From the NCBI GenBank assembly GCA_038227875.1, contig JBBRPR010000035.1:1-64000 (forward strand): DNA of 64,000 nt. Reading direction: 5' to 3'. Every line of letters begins with the position of its first letter. The first letter of the stretch is position 1. The notes beneath the pieces were generated by a model. It did not search any database, was not told the DNA's origin, and saw nothing but the letters and a program-made list of their open reading frames with translations. Of the stretch, positions 28,502 to 39,147 are shown piece by piece. Source of the DNA: Planctomycetota bacterium (GTDB taxonomy: Bacteria; Planctomycetota; SZUA-567; H5-PLA8). Position numbers and translations under genes: made by a program.

Positions 28502-31096
28502 ATGCCCTATCGCGTTCTTCATCCACTCTTTCGCCACCTGAACATCATCCTCTGTCTTTCCGGCGCTGCCGCGACAGTTGTAGTGTCATGGCTGACCAAC
28601 CCACATTCCGCGCCGTGGCTTGTGGATATTTATGTATCCGTGATTTTATTGCTGGCAACGTTGAGGAATTTCAAAAAGTCGCCGCTTCATCGTTCGTTTG
28701 CGCTCTACCTCAGCGCCTTGATTTTGTATCTGATAAACGTCTGGATCCTCCACGTCTTGATCCCAGGCAGGCCGCCCGAAGCAATAAAGTCGCAGATCAA
28801 TCCGTTGGTGAAAATTGTTGGCCTGGGCAGCGTCTACATGGCCGTCGCACTCTATCATTTCACTCTGCGATTCGCGCAGGCGCGATCCGGGATTTTGCGC
28901 GTGATTGAATATTGCGGTTGGGCCGCAAATACCGTGTTCTATGCGCTGCTTCTTCACGGTTCGCTTATGGGAGACAATGTCTGGGCCGGCTTCACCTGGG
29001 TGCCGGTGATGAACTCCGCCTACAAAGCATTTTTCTATCTCACCACGATCTTCGTAACGTTGGGCATTGCCATTCCGCTATTCAGCGTCTTTACTGCCAC
29101 GGATCGGCAGCGGAGACTTCAGCTCTTTTACTTTTTGCTGGGTGGTGCGCCGTTGTGGCTCTCGTGCTGGGGACATTTCCTGATCAGCCTGGGTATTAAT
29201 ATTTATCCAGCCGGCGGAGTTATTTTTCTGCTGCACGCGCTGATCCTCTCTTATGCGGTGCTTAAACACCAGGTCTTCGACATCACCATTCTGATTCGCC
29301 GCGGTTTGGCATACGCCGCACTGTCACTTTTTATAGGAATTCTTTATGGAGGTTTGCTGCTGATCTTGTCCACCTGGACCGCGGCCTTTCATGCGAGCCT
29401 GATTTCCAGCGTCATCTTTGTATTTATGGTCGGGATGATCTACGCCCCGCTTTTAAGTTATCTACAACGTCTGTTCGACCGACTGCTATTCAGACAAGCT
29501 TTCGACCGGCAGAAAATGATCGAACAATTTGCCCGTGAGTCGGCCGAATCCATTGATTTAAACTCACTCACCCATTCCCTCTGCACACTGATTGCGCAGA
29601 GTCTCGATCCCCGCGGCATTCGTGTTTTTATGGACACAGGCAACGACACCTGCGTTCAATTCTGTTCGTATAGCGACGGCAAATATTTTTCCTCCAATTG
29701 GCCCGAAGGTCCGCAGTTCCCTGAACGATTCACACACGATAAATTTACTCCCCAGGGCGCCTATCGAATTCACTTCTCTGCGCCGAAAACGGTTGGCCAA
29801 TCACTTCAGCTCACGGAAGGTGACGATGCGCTGGTTGTTCCGATCACCCATCGCCAGCGCCAACTCGGCTACCTGATTCTTGAGCCCAAACGCGCCGACG
29901 ATCCGTATTCCGACGACGATATTCGAATGGCGGAGACGATCGCCGCACAGTCCGCTACCGCGCTTCAAAACGCCCGCTCCTTCGCCCAGATGGAAAATCT
30001 CCAGGACTTCACCCGCACCATGCTCCAGAGCCTGACCACCGGCGTGCTCGTGGTTTCGTCCACTGGCGCGATCGAACAGTCCAACCAGGCGGCGTGCTCC
30101 ATTTGCGCGCTGGACGCCTCATTTCCGGCGAATTTGAATGAACTCGAGAAGTCCCATCCGGAACTCGTCCGTGAAATTCGCGTCCTGCTTCAAGATGGAA
30201 AATCCTCCGACGATATCGAAGTGCGCACCGCCGGCAGTCGTCCGCGCAACCTGCTGCTCAGCTTCCGCCGCATGGGTCAGCGCGATGCCGACGCCCTGTT
30301 CCTGGTCGTGATTCACGACGTCACCAATTACAAGGAGTTGGAAGCCGAAGCCTTGCGCCGCGAAAGTCTGGCGCGCATCGGCGAAGCGACGGCCGGCATC
30401 AATCATGAAATCAAAAATCTGCTCCACCCCATCCGCCGGCAGATGGACCGCCTGGCGCGCGTGGACGTCAACGATTCCGCGGCTGTTAAGCACGAACTGG
30501 AACGCGCCAACTCCGTCATCCCCGGGCAGGTGCAGTCCCTCGAGCGGATGCTGCTCAACTTGAAAACACTCGGTCGGCCACTGGTGCTGCGCTGCGGTCC
30601 GGTCGATCTGGAGTCCATGGTCGCGGCCGTTTGGCAGGAAGTCCTGGCGACCGTGAGCCCCCGGGAGATCGCGTTTGCCACGCAGTTCTCCAACGAGGCC
30701 CGCGAAGTCATCGCCGACGGCGCGTGGCTGCGTCATGTCCTGCATAATCTTCTGATGAACGCCGCGGAAGCGACGTCGGGAAGAACTCCCGCGCTCGTCT
30801 CCGTAAAATCCGAACGCGATGGACAGGTCTTCAAGCTCTCCATTTCCGACAATGGATCCGGCATCGACGACGCTTCCAAAGGGCGGCTCTTCGAACCGTT
30901 TTTTTCGACCAAGGGCGAAGCGGGAACGGGTCTGGGACTCTGCGTCTGCCGTCGCATTATTGAATCGCACGGCGGCCGGATTGTCATGCAATCCATCAAC
31001 GGTCAGACGATCTTCAGTGTGATTCTTCCGGCGCAGCAGAAGCTCGCTGCCGGCGAAACCCATCAAAACGATCCGCGCCGTCTGGTGCTCAATTAA
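28502..31096 (+). CDS. Multi-TM sensor histidine kinase (GAF, PAS-like, HisKA, HATPase)
   Basis: Hydrophobic N-terminal third; HEIKNLL H-box; NLLMNA, DNGSGI, FEPFFSTK, GTGLGL. Confidence 0.92.
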   Translation: MPYRVLHPLFRHLNIILCLSGAAATVVVSWLTNPHSAPWLVDIYVSVILLLATLRNFKKSPLHRSFALYLSALILYLINVWILHVLIPGRPPEAIKSQINPLVKIVGLGSVYMAVALYHFTLRFAQARSGILRVIEYCGWAANTVFYALLLHGSLMGDNVWAGFTWVPVMNSAYKAFFYLTTIFVTLGIAIPLFSVFTATDRQRRLQLFYFLLGGAPLWLSCWGHFLISLGINIYPAGGVIFLLHALILSYAVLKHQVFDITILIRRGLAYAALSLFIGILYGGLLLILSTWTAAFHASLISSVIFVFMVGMIYAPLLSYLQRLFDRLLFRQAFDRQKMIEQFARESAESIDLNSLTHSLCTLIAQSLDPRGIRVFMDTGNDTCVQFCSYSDGKYFSSNWPEGPQFPERFTHDKFTPQGAYRIHFSAPKTVGQSLQLTEGDDALVVPITHRQRQLGYLILEPKRADDPYSDDDIRMAETIAAQSATALQNARSFAQMENLQDFTRTMLQSLTTGVLVVSSTGAIEQSNQAACSICALDASFPANLNELEKSHPELVREIRVLLQDGKSSDDIEVRTAGSRPRNLLLSFRRMGQRDADALFLVVIHDVTNYKELEAEALRRESLARIGEATAGINHEIKNLLHPIRRQMDRLARVDVNDSAAVKHELERANSVIPGQVQSLERMLLNLKTLGRPLVLRCGPVDLESMVAAVWQEVLATVSPREIAFATQFSNEAREVIADGAWLRHVLHNLLMNAAEATSGRTPALVSVKSERDGQVFKLSISDNGSGIDDASKGRLFEPFFSTKGEAGTGLGLCVCRRIIESHGGRIVMQSINGQTIFSVILPAQQKLAAGETHQNDPRRLVLN

Positions 31097-31107
31097 TCTG
31101 CGGCGTT

Positions 31108-31719
31108 CTAGCGCTGAACCAGGTCATCTGGCATCGCTTTGATCGACGCTTCGATCTTGTTGTTTTCCACCTGGTCGAAAGTCGGTGCTCCCGTGAACGA
31201 GTACGTCGGCGACGCATCGATGCCGTTTTTGCGGTCGTAACCGTAGGACCAGGTGATCATTTTCACGTCCGCGTAGTCGCCGGCGCTCACGGCTAGAAAT
31301 CGCACGATCACCGGAGTGCCGAAATCATCGACCAGCCGGCCATTTTTCAAATTGCTCTGCTTGCAGTGGAATTCGCACGTCGACTCCAGCACTTGCACAA
31401 ATTCGCTGTTGTCTTCAGTTCCATTCGCCGGCTGCCCCATCGGCGCGCAGGGCGTCTGATAAAAATCGGCCGCCGTCACCCCATCGAATCCGTGCCCGCC
31501 GGGCTTGATGGGATAAGTGCCGCTTCTGAATTTATACTGATTCAACGCGATCGACATGCCGTCCAGCATGGCTTTGCTCGACACTTCCTGCGCATGCCGC
31601 TTGACCAACATCACGACCGGAACCAGGATTCCCATAAGAACCAGGATGATTGCAATCACGATCAACAGCTCAATCAGCGTGAGCCCACGGCCGCGGACAC
31701 TGCTTCGATGGAAGTTGAT
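31108..31719 (-). CDS. Prepilin-type N-methylation (type II secretion pseudopilin-like) protein
   Basis: RG|LTLIELLIVIAIILVLMGILVP; start uncertain (see findings). Confidence 0.8.
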   Translation of the reverse strand: MNFHRSSVRGRGLTLIELLIVIAIILVLMGILVPVVMLVKRHAQEVSSKAMLDGMSIALNQYKFRSGTYPIKPGGHGFDGVTAADFYQTPCAPMGQPANGTEDNSEFVQVLESTCEFHCKQSNLKNGRLVDDFGTPVIVRFLAVSAGDYADVKMITWSYGYDRKNGIDASPTYSFTGAPTFDQVENNKIEASIKAMPDDLVQR

Positions 31720-31873
31720 AAGATATCCCTCCTCAAATAGGCACCTTGAGGTGGATTCCCACCCGCGAACTCGGACATAAATTTCATTAAGACAATATCT
31801 TCCTGAGCTACTTTCTACACCCGCCCTCCGTCCACCTGTTCCACCTGCTCTCCACTCCACTGTTCTCGGCCGC

Positions 31874-33082
31874 TCACTTCGGCGGCTTGCAGATGTAAAC
31901 CTTCTTGTCCGCGCCGGCGATCCACGCCAGGCATTCCAGCTTCGGCACATAGCACAGGAAGGAATACCATGCACCCGTGATTCCGGCCGCGTCGCAGTCG
32001 GGCATCTCCTGATTCAATTTCACCGTCTCGGTGGTCCACGGTTCCGTGAGCGGATTGGCGGCCGGCGGTTTCAGCCGGATCAGCGTCGCGCCGCCGTTTT
32101 TCACGGGCCGAAAGTAGAAGCAACCATCCGGCGGATAAAACACGAAGCGGTTGGGCTCCGCGCCCGATTCAGGCAGCTTGTCCTTAAATGGCAGAACCTT
32201 CCAACCTTCACCGGGCTTGTCGAGCTGAAAGGCGTGAAGCTCGTTTCCAGCGACGTCAATGATCAGGCGCCGCACCGGATCCAGAAACGCCTGCCCGCCG
32301 CCGCCAAACGCGGGCCAGCCATACTGCGGCGTCGTGGCGTTCAGCTTCGACCAATCCGCCGCATCGTAGTACGGCAGATCCTTGCGCTTCTCGATTCCGC
32401 CGATGCCGTAATACCGGCCCAATTTTTCATCGAAGATCACCGCTGTATAAATCCCACACAGACGGGGATGGTCCGCGGACGTCAGCCGCGACCACTTTTT
32501 CGTATCGAGGTTCAGCACGTGCGGTCCGCGTCCGCCGCCGCCGTCTCCCGTGACCGCTCCGCGTCCCAAAATCAGCACCGAACCCTTCGGCCCGCCGCCC
32601 AGCGCTTTGGGCAGCTCCGATTCGTTCAGGTACGGATGCCCCGGCAGCGGCACCTCCGAGTCCTTCCATTCCTGCCACGCATCGCCAGTGGAATGCTGCG
32701 CACAGTAAGCCGTGCCGCCACTGACTGTGGGGACGCCATTGGCGTTTTCGAAGCCCTTCCACTTCGCGTCATCAAAATCGAAGATCGCCGCGCCCATGAC
32801 CTGCACCGGCGCCGCGTGCCCGCCCGTGCAGGTGATCACATAAGCGCCGCGCGTCGAATAATCGCGCACGAACGTTCCGCCGCCAAACGCACCGAAAAAC
32901 GCAATGCCCATGCTCTCCGGCTTCAGATTGAAAACCGCCGCGATGTCCGTCAGCTTGTTCTCGCCAATCGCCGTAACGTTCCCCGGCGTCGGCACCGCGT
33001 ACGGCGGCTCCGCTCCACGCACACTGACGCAGAGCACCAGCACCGATAGCGCCAATACCATTCTGATTCGTGTGAGTCCCAT
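31874..33082 (-). CDS. Secreted Kelch-like propeller protein
   Basis: Signal peptide; TGGHA, FDFDDAKW, LNLDTKKWSRL repeats. Confidence 0.7.
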   Translation of the reverse strand: MGLTRIRMVLALSVLVLCVSVRGAEPPYAVPTPGNVTAIGENKLTDIAAVFNLKPESMGIAFFGAFGGGTFVRDYSTRGAYVITCTGGHAAPVQVMGAAIFDFDDAKWKGFENANGVPTVSGGTAYCAQHSTGDAWQEWKDSEVPLPGHPYLNESELPKALGGGPKGSVLILGRGAVTGDGGGGRGPHVLNLDTKKWSRLTSADHPRLCGIYTAVIFDEKLGRYYGIGGIEKRKDLPYYDAADWSKLNATTPQYGWPAFGGGGQAFLDPVRRLIIDVAGNELHAFQLDKPGEGWKVLPFKDKLPESGAEPNRFVFYPPDGCFYFRPVKNGGATLIRLKPPAANPLTEPWTTETVKLNQEMPDCDAAGITGAWYSFLCYVPKLECLAWIAGADKKVYICKPPK

Positions 33083-33102
33083 TGCCTCGCGCTCCTTCAG
33101 AT

Positions 33103-34977
33103 TCATTCCCGCACCACCCGCAAAATCATCGTCGCACACGGCGCCAGCCGCAGCGGCCCGTCCATCGGAATTTCACGCGTCGTCAGGGGGTCCAGCCACG
33201 TCTGCTTTCCCCGCGCGGCGACCTCGACCGAAAACTCCAGCGCCGTCGTCGCTTCATGACAGAAGATGTAGAAGTCTTCGCCCGACTTCCGCACGTGGCG
33301 GCAGCGCAGCTTGGGCTGCGCGGGCGTCACCGTCACATCCGCGCGCATCAGCACACCCAGCGCCGAGAGCAGCGCGTCCGGCGTGGCCGTGTCCACTGTT
33401 CGCGGAGGAAGATTCGCGGCTTTGGTTCCGTACACAATCAGCCGCCCCGCGTTGGCCAGAATTTCCAGCGCCGGCAAGGCCTGCGCCGGGACGCGTTCGA
33501 AGCCATCGACAATCAGCGCCGAATAATGCTGCCCGGCGATGCGAATGCCGGAGGCATCCGTCCGCGCGTCCTCCCAAAGGTGCCGCGCTTCCAGATAGTT
33601 AAAGTCACGCTGCTGCGCAAAACACGCAGCGGCGGCGCGCCACGGCAGCGCATCGGATTCACCCAGGATCGAGATGCCGCAGACGTGTTCGCAGTCGGTG
33701 TTCAGCCACGAAAGCCGCCGGCAGAAATCCGCGTACGCTTTGTACTCGCCCCACCACGCGCTGTTGGGCCCCACGTCCGGCGGGCGTTCGTCTTTCCGAC
33801 AGCCGCGGATGGAATAGTAAAACGCATGAGGCACGAGCAGATTAACGCCGCGCACGAAGCACCAATCGGTCAGCGCTTTCATTTCGTCCCACGTCAGTTC
33901 GTGGCCATACGCGCCGAAGCATTCGTTGGAATTTCTGCGCCGAGCCAGATGCAGCATTGCCGACGAGCCGCACTTCCCCTGCGTGGATTCCTTGCCTTCA
34001 ATGGCGCTGGCTTCGTGAGCCAACACGCGTCGCCAGACCAGGTCCTGTCCCGGAATGTGAAAGTACCGCTCCAGCCCGATATCATCCGACTCGCCCGGAT
34101 GCCCCGTTAGAAAAACGTTGTGCTTCGTGCACCACACTGAGAGCTGCCGGTAGTACGTCTGCTCCAGCCGGAAACCCAGCGCGCGGTGGTAGTCTTCACG
34201 GAAGCGTTTCGCGTCCGGCTCGTCGTCAAACCACAACGCGGGAAGATGCGGCGTGAAGTCGTAGCCGAGAAACTTGTTGACGTGCTCCAGAATCCCCGTC
34301 GTGCCGGGCTGGATCCGCTTCTCATTGCAGCGGCCGACCAGACTGGGTTCGTCGGTGAAGATGCCAATGATCGTCGTGCCAAATTCCGCGCCGAATTCCG
34401 CCGCGAACTTATCGTAAACCAGACGGATGAACGACCGTACCGCCTCCGGATTCAGCAGATCGCTGGCCGGCGGCTCGTCTTCGTCCGGTCCTTCTCCGAT
34501 CAAATGAATGCCGCGGATCCCCGAATTGATCGGCCGGTCGATGATCGCCACACGCTGGCCATTCCGGCGCGGCACCGTAGCCAACAACGTCCAGCCGGGT
34601 TTCAGCACCGGCGCTTCGCCGTTGACTTCCACGCACGCCAGTCCGCGGCAGGCGTGGGCCGGATTGGCCGCCACAACCTGGCCGCTCGACGACCCCGACG
34701 GATACATGCCCTCGTCGTAGAGAATGACGTAAAGCCCGCGCGCCTTCGCCTCATCGACGGCCACGTGGACGAAGCCCAGCAACTTCTCCGACATCCACCC
34801 CGTGTCGCGCGGCAATCCCACGCGCGGATGGATCACGAACCCGTAGACGCCGTGCGCTTCGAAGTCGGCGATCTGCCGTCGGATCTCGGCGGCATCGAGC
34901 GTGTCGTTCCAGAACCAGAACGGCAGCACCGAAAACTCGCGCGGCGGGTTCCGAAATTCATCCAGCAGTGCGGTCAT
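33103..34977 (-). CDS. GH106-like (alpha-L-rhamnosidase family) glycoside hydrolase
   Basis: PFWFWN, ILYDEGMYPSG, GIFTDEP, GVNLLVPHAFYYS. Confidence 0.8.
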   Translation of the reverse strand: MTALLDEFRNPPREFSVLPFWFWNDTLDAAEIRRQIADFEAHGVYGFVIHPRVGLPRDTGWMSEKLLGFVHVAVDEAKARGLYVILYDEGMYPSGSSSGQVVAANPAHACRGLACVEVNGEAPVLKPGWTLLATVPRRNGQRVAIIDRPINSGIRGIHLIGEGPDEDEPPASDLLNPEAVRSFIRLVYDKFAAEFGAEFGTTIIGIFTDEPSLVGRCNEKRIQPGTTGILEHVNKFLGYDFTPHLPALWFDDEPDAKRFREDYHRALGFRLEQTYYRQLSVWCTKHNVFLTGHPGESDDIGLERYFHIPGQDLVWRRVLAHEASAIEGKESTQGKCGSSAMLHLARRRNSNECFGAYGHELTWDEMKALTDWCFVRGVNLLVPHAFYYSIRGCRKDERPPDVGPNSAWWGEYKAYADFCRRLSWLNTDCEHVCGISILGESDALPWRAAAACFAQQRDFNYLEARHLWEDARTDASGIRIAGQHYSALIVDGFERVPAQALPALEILANAGRLIVYGTKAANLPPRTVDTATPDALLSALGVLMRADVTVTPAQPKLRCRHVRKSGEDFYIFCHEATTALEFSVEVAARGKQTWLDPLTTREIPMDGPLRLAPCATMILRVVRE

Positions 34978-35014
34978 GCTCGTCTCCAGAGGTCTGTATC
35001 AGCTTTGCATTCCA

Positions 35015-35153
35015 AACAGGTGGGATCGGGGATCGGGGATCGGGCATCGGTCAGTTCGGGGGCGCCCGTTACCTGCATCGCATTTTCGCTTCGATTGAGC
35101 TTCACGGACGCGCCTTCCAAAAAGCAGATGCCCGATCCCCGATCCCATCTGTT
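35015..35153. repeat. Inverted repeat built from GGGATCG heptamers
   Basis: Arms 35015-35048 and 35127-35153 are reverse complements apart from one extra heptamer and one substitution. Confidence 0.8.
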
Positions 35154-35182
35154 CCTTTGGCGTCCCATTTCCTTGGGAAGTA

Positions 35183-37366
35183 TCATTTCTTGTAGCGGTA
35201 CGCGTATGGCACATTGTTTTCGAGGAAGATAATCGCGTTGTGCCGCACGTCGTAGCCCGACGGCATGTTGTCGGTCAGCGGCGGCATCTTGAAATCCGCG
35301 GGCAGCTTCGGCGTGATTTTCTCCCAGCGGTTTTCTTTGACGATGTACGCCCACATGTCGTTGGGGTTGCCGCCGTTCCAGTGCGTGCCGCCGCCCAGTA
35401 GAATCGCCACGTCGTTCTTCGAGTCGTAGACCAGCCCGTATTTGTGATTTCGCGTCGGAGGCTGTCCCTGCGCTTTCAAATCCGTCCACGTGTTCGTCGC
35501 CGGGTCGAAGGACATCGTGCGGTTGGGCGTGTCCTCCTTATCGGTCACGCTCGACAGTGCCAGGAAAAACTTCTTGGTCGTGATGTAGGGCATGTGCCGG
35601 TACTCCGGGCCTCCCGGCGCGCCCGGCGTGTCTTTGACATTCCACGCTTGAGCTTTGATGTCGAAGACGTGCGTCTTGTCCTTATCGACGGTCACCGCAG
35701 CAACGAGATGATCGGGATCTTCCTCCAGCCCCGTGTTGTGTCCGGGAAAGGTTCCGCCGCCGGGCACCAGCGTGAATTTGTCGGCTCGCGAATCGTACGT
35801 AAACGAGCCGTCCGTGTAGCCGGGCATCGGGCAAGCCGGTCCGGAACCCGCGCCGCCCATGAACCAGAGAAGCTTGCGGCTGGAATCATGAAAGATGGAG
35901 CGTGAACACGCAGTGCGCGGACGCAGCGCGCCGGCCACATCGCACACACGCCGCACCAGCCAGCGCTCGTGGCCTGGATCGTAGAGCGACAGGTTATTTC
36001 CATACCCGGACCAATAGGGACTGACTCCGTTGCCGCAGCCGCCGTACTTCGCGAAGACTCCCAATTCCGGATCGTAACACCACGGCACTTCGGCGCCGAG
36101 CATCACGCCGCCGCCGAGCGGAATCAGCGTGTTGTCGCCCATTTCCGTGAGGTGTGGATTGAGCGGCGAGGGCAGCGTCTGGCGAATTTCCTTCAGCGAA
36201 TCCGCGGCACCTTCCGCGGGCGGATTCGACGCGGCCTTGCCCACCGTCGGCACAAATCCATTGGCGATGCATTCCTTGCCCGGCTCCGCGGCCGGATCGT
36301 AACGGAACGCCCAGACGCCCAAGTCCGCGTCGGCGAGCAGGAAGCGTTTGCGGTCGGTGTCGTATGCGAGTGCCTGGCGGTAGCACATCACCGTCGGAGG
36401 GTCGGCGCTTTTCATCGGCGTCGGCCCCGGTGTCTTGATTTCTTTCCATTCTTTCTTTGCCGTATCGAACACCCACGTGTCGTTGAGCTGATCGGCGTTG
36501 GGTCCCTTGTCGCCAGCGCTGAGGCCATGGAGTATCACGACTTTGTTGTCCGGATCGTAGGCGATCACCGAACGCATGCGCACGGAGGGACTGGCGCCGG
36601 TTGTCATCAGTTTTTCCCACTTCTTTGCCTCTGGATCGAAGCTATACGCGAGCATGCTTTTACTCTTGTCGAAATCGCCGTCGATCGAGATGACCCGGCC
36701 CAGTCCCGCATCGAAGGTCATCGAAAGAATATGTCCGCCCCACGCCGGTTGCGGGCCCTGCGGTGTGTTCACGGTCTCCCACTTCCCGTCAGTGAGATTA
36801 CAGACCATCGTCACGGCGCCCAGGCCCGTGCTCGCAGGCCACGGCGCAGCGACGGCGATGCCGTGAACCGGATCGACGCAAACTTTCCCCAGGTTCTTCG
36901 GCAGTTCCTTGCTGATCGGCTTGAAGTTATTCCCCGCCGGGTCGTAGCTCCAGATGCCGGTGCTGCCCGTAAACCCGCAGGCCAAACCGCCGGCCAGCAG
37001 CACGCGTTTACTCTTCTCGTCGTAGCGGATGTCCCAGCTGCAGCCGCCGCCCGGGCGGTCGTCGGGATAGTTCTCGTCTTCCGCAAAGAGGCGCTTCCAT
37101 TTTCCCGTCGCCGGATCGAACTGATCGAGCGCATTGGAAAAGCGCGGCGTGTAACCGCCGTAGCGCAGGAAGACTTTCTTCACTGGCTCGTAGCACCACG
37201 TCGCCGCGCGGCCCGGCGGAATTTCGCGCCCTTCCGCGTCGCCGGGACAATCGGCGATGCGCACCCACGTGTTGGCCGGAATGTCCGCCCCTCGCGCCAC
37301 ACCGCGAAGCGCAGCAACGCAGAGCACGCAAGCCAGCAGTAATTTCGTTCGCAGTCGATGCATCAC
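35183..37366 (-). CDS. Secreted Kelch-repeat protein
   Basis: Signal peptide; repeated YDxxxxxxxLxGG...DxWxYDxxxxxW units. Confidence 0.85.
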   Translation of the reverse strand: MMHRLRTKLLLACVLCVAALRGVARGADIPANTWVRIADCPGDAEGREIPPGRAATWCYEPVKKVFLRYGGYTPRFSNALDQFDPATGKWKRLFAEDENYPDDRPGGGCSWDIRYDEKSKRVLLAGGLACGFTGSTGIWSYDPAGNNFKPISKELPKNLGKVCVDPVHGIAVAAPWPASTGLGAVTMVCNLTDGKWETVNTPQGPQPAWGGHILSMTFDAGLGRVISIDGDFDKSKSMLAYSFDPEAKKWEKLMTTGASPSVRMRSVIAYDPDNKVVILHGLSAGDKGPNADQLNDTWVFDTAKKEWKEIKTPGPTPMKSADPPTVMCYRQALAYDTDRKRFLLADADLGVWAFRYDPAAEPGKECIANGFVPTVGKAASNPPAEGAADSLKEIRQTLPSPLNPHLTEMGDNTLIPLGGGVMLGAEVPWCYDPELGVFAKYGGCGNGVSPYWSGYGNNLSLYDPGHERWLVRRVCDVAGALRPRTACSRSIFHDSSRKLLWFMGGAGSGPACPMPGYTDGSFTYDSRADKFTLVPGGGTFPGHNTGLEEDPDHLVAAVTVDKDKTHVFDIKAQAWNVKDTPGAPGGPEYRHMPYITTKKFFLALSSVTDKEDTPNRTMSFDPATNTWTDLKAQGQPPTRNHKYGLVYDSKNDVAILLGGGTHWNGGNPNDMWAYIVKENRWEKITPKLPADFKMPPLTDNMPSGYDVRHNAIIFLENNVPYAYRYKK

Positions 37367-37395
37367 ACACCCCCGAAAAAATCATGGTTCAAAAT

Positions 37396-38022
37396 TCAAG
37401 ACACGAGCGCTGTACGAATCGCCGCCGCTACGGACGTCGCCAGCGCGGCCGATCCGGCCTCGGTAAAATGAACGTTCATCGGGCACTGAATTTCTGCCAC
37501 ACGCGCCTGCGCAAAAGCGAAGAGGTCGTGGGTCGGAATTTTAAGCTCGTCCATCACGCCGGCCGCCGCGTGGTTATAAAGCGGCGCGTCTTTCGCATTT
37601 CGCGGCGGCGAGAGATTGTCCTCGGGAACCGGCGTGGTGCTGCACCAGACCACCCGCCGCGCCGCCGCCTGGTAACCGCGCGCGAGCATCTTCAAATTCG
37701 CCGTGTACTCCTGCAGCGGGACCTGATTGACGCCGTCGATCAACTTCATGTCATGCAGGCCGTAGTTGAAATGGATCACGTCCCAGCGCGTCTGCCCCAG
37801 CATCTCCGCATTTTTCTCCAGCCCCGTGCGCGTATGCGCGCAGTTGTAGGGCGGACGGTGCACGTTGGCCGTGCCGGCCAGCTGCGCGCGCACCGGCAGC
37901 GTGTAGCCGATGGAAATTGAATCGCCGAGCAGCAGCACATTTGGCAATCCCGCCTGCACCACAGGCGGCAACAGCGCCGGATCCACTTTCTGTTCACCGC
38001 CCGGTTCTGGAACCAAAGCCAT
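37396..38022 (-). CDS. SGNH/GDSL hydrolase
   Basis: LLGDSISIGY, FNYGLHD, NVHF. Confidence 0.9.
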   Translation of the reverse strand: MALVPEPGGEQKVDPALLPPVVQAGLPNVLLLGDSISIGYTLPVRAQLAGTANVHRPPYNCAHTRTGLEKNAEMLGQTRWDVIHFNYGLHDMKLIDGVNQVPLQEYTANLKMLARGYQAAARRVVWCSTTPVPEDNLSPPRNAKDAPLYNHAAAGVMDELKIPTHDLFAFAQARVAEIQCPMNVHFTEAGSAALATSVAAAIRTALVS

Positions 38023-38049
38023 CGCGTCAACTCCTCAATCGTTTTGAAT

Positions 38050-39147
38050 TCAACGCGTTTTCGGCGCTTCGTCCGACAGCCGCAGTCGCGCCGGAACTTT
38101 CAGCAGCACCGTCGGCAACTGCGCATTCATGCGCCGCTCCACCAGCCGCGCGATCGCCAGCCGCGTCAGCTCCGTGGCGCTCCACACCATCGCCGGCGGC
38201 ACCGGTCCGCCGCCAAACAGCGCGCAGTACTTGGAGTACTCTTCTTCCGGAGTCCAGCCGATCACATCCAGATCGCGTCCCAACACCAGGCCCAGCTCGT
38301 TGGCCGCACGCGTGATCTCGCTGACCGCGTCGGACCAGAGTGCCAACACCGCCGTCGGCCGGTCCGGCCGCGAAAGCATCGCGCGCGCTGTCGCTGCGAC
38401 CATCGCGCGCGGCGTGTCGAGCATCAGCTCCGGTTGAAACAAGCCCGCCGCGCTCAGCGACGCCGCCACTCCGCCGAAGCGCTCGTGGCTCTGCACCGTC
38501 TCGCTGATCGGTCCCAGCCAGCCGATGCGTTTGTGACCGCGTGAAATCAGATGCCGCGTCGCCACCATGCCGCCCTGGAACGAATCCTGCACGATCGCAT
38601 CCAGGCGCATCTCCGCATCCCACGAATCCATCATCACCGTCGGCAAGCCCATGTTCGCGACCTCATCGAGCAGCGCCGCGTTCATGCTGTCGATCACCAG
38701 CCCGCAGACGCGCCGCTCGCGCAGTTGCGTCACGATCTCCTTGCTCGAACGTTTGCCAGCACCCACGGCGAGCAGCGACCAGCCGCGATCAGAAACGGCC
38801 TTCTGCACGCCCGTTACCAGCCGTGTGTAAAATTCATTCCACTGATCCACACGCTCGACCGTCGAGACCAGGAACGCGATCGGCATCCCGCGCTCCGGAT
38901 CGTTGGCGCGCGCCATCACCCGGAAACCGTGGCGCGGTTCGGAGGAGAGCAAGCCTTCCGCGACCAACTGCCGCGCCGCGCGCCGTGCCGTCTCCGACGA
39001 GACGCCATGCTGCGCGCCGAGTTCCTTCATCGACGGCAGCACGTTCCCGACGGCAATTCCGCCCGAAGCCAGGAACGCACGGAGCTGCTCTGCCAGCCAC
39101 TGGTATCCTTTATCGTGCGTCTCGGGGACGTTTTCAGTGACAACCAT
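38050..39147 (-). CDS. GntR-HTH plus LacI-type sensor domain regulator
   Basis: LPSMKELGAQHGVSSETARRA; ATRHLISRGHKRIGWLG; resembles 16919-18010. Confidence 0.88.
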   Translation of the reverse strand: MVVTENVPETHDKGYQWLAEQLRAFLASGGIAVGNVLPSMKELGAQHGVSSETARRAARQLVAEGLLSSEPRHGFRVMARANDPERGMPIAFLVSTVERVDQWNEFYTRLVTGVQKAVSDRGWSLLAVGAGKRSSKEIVTQLRERRVCGLVIDSMNAALLDEVANMGLPTVMMDSWDAEMRLDAIVQDSFQGGMVATRHLISRGHKRIGWLGPISETVQSHERFGGVAASLSAAGLFQPELMLDTPRAMVAATARAMLSRPDRPTAVLALWSDAVSEITRAANELGLVLGRDLDVIGWTPEEEYSKYCALFGGGPVPPAMVWSATELTRLAIARLVERRMNAQLPTVLLKVPARLRLSDEAPKTR

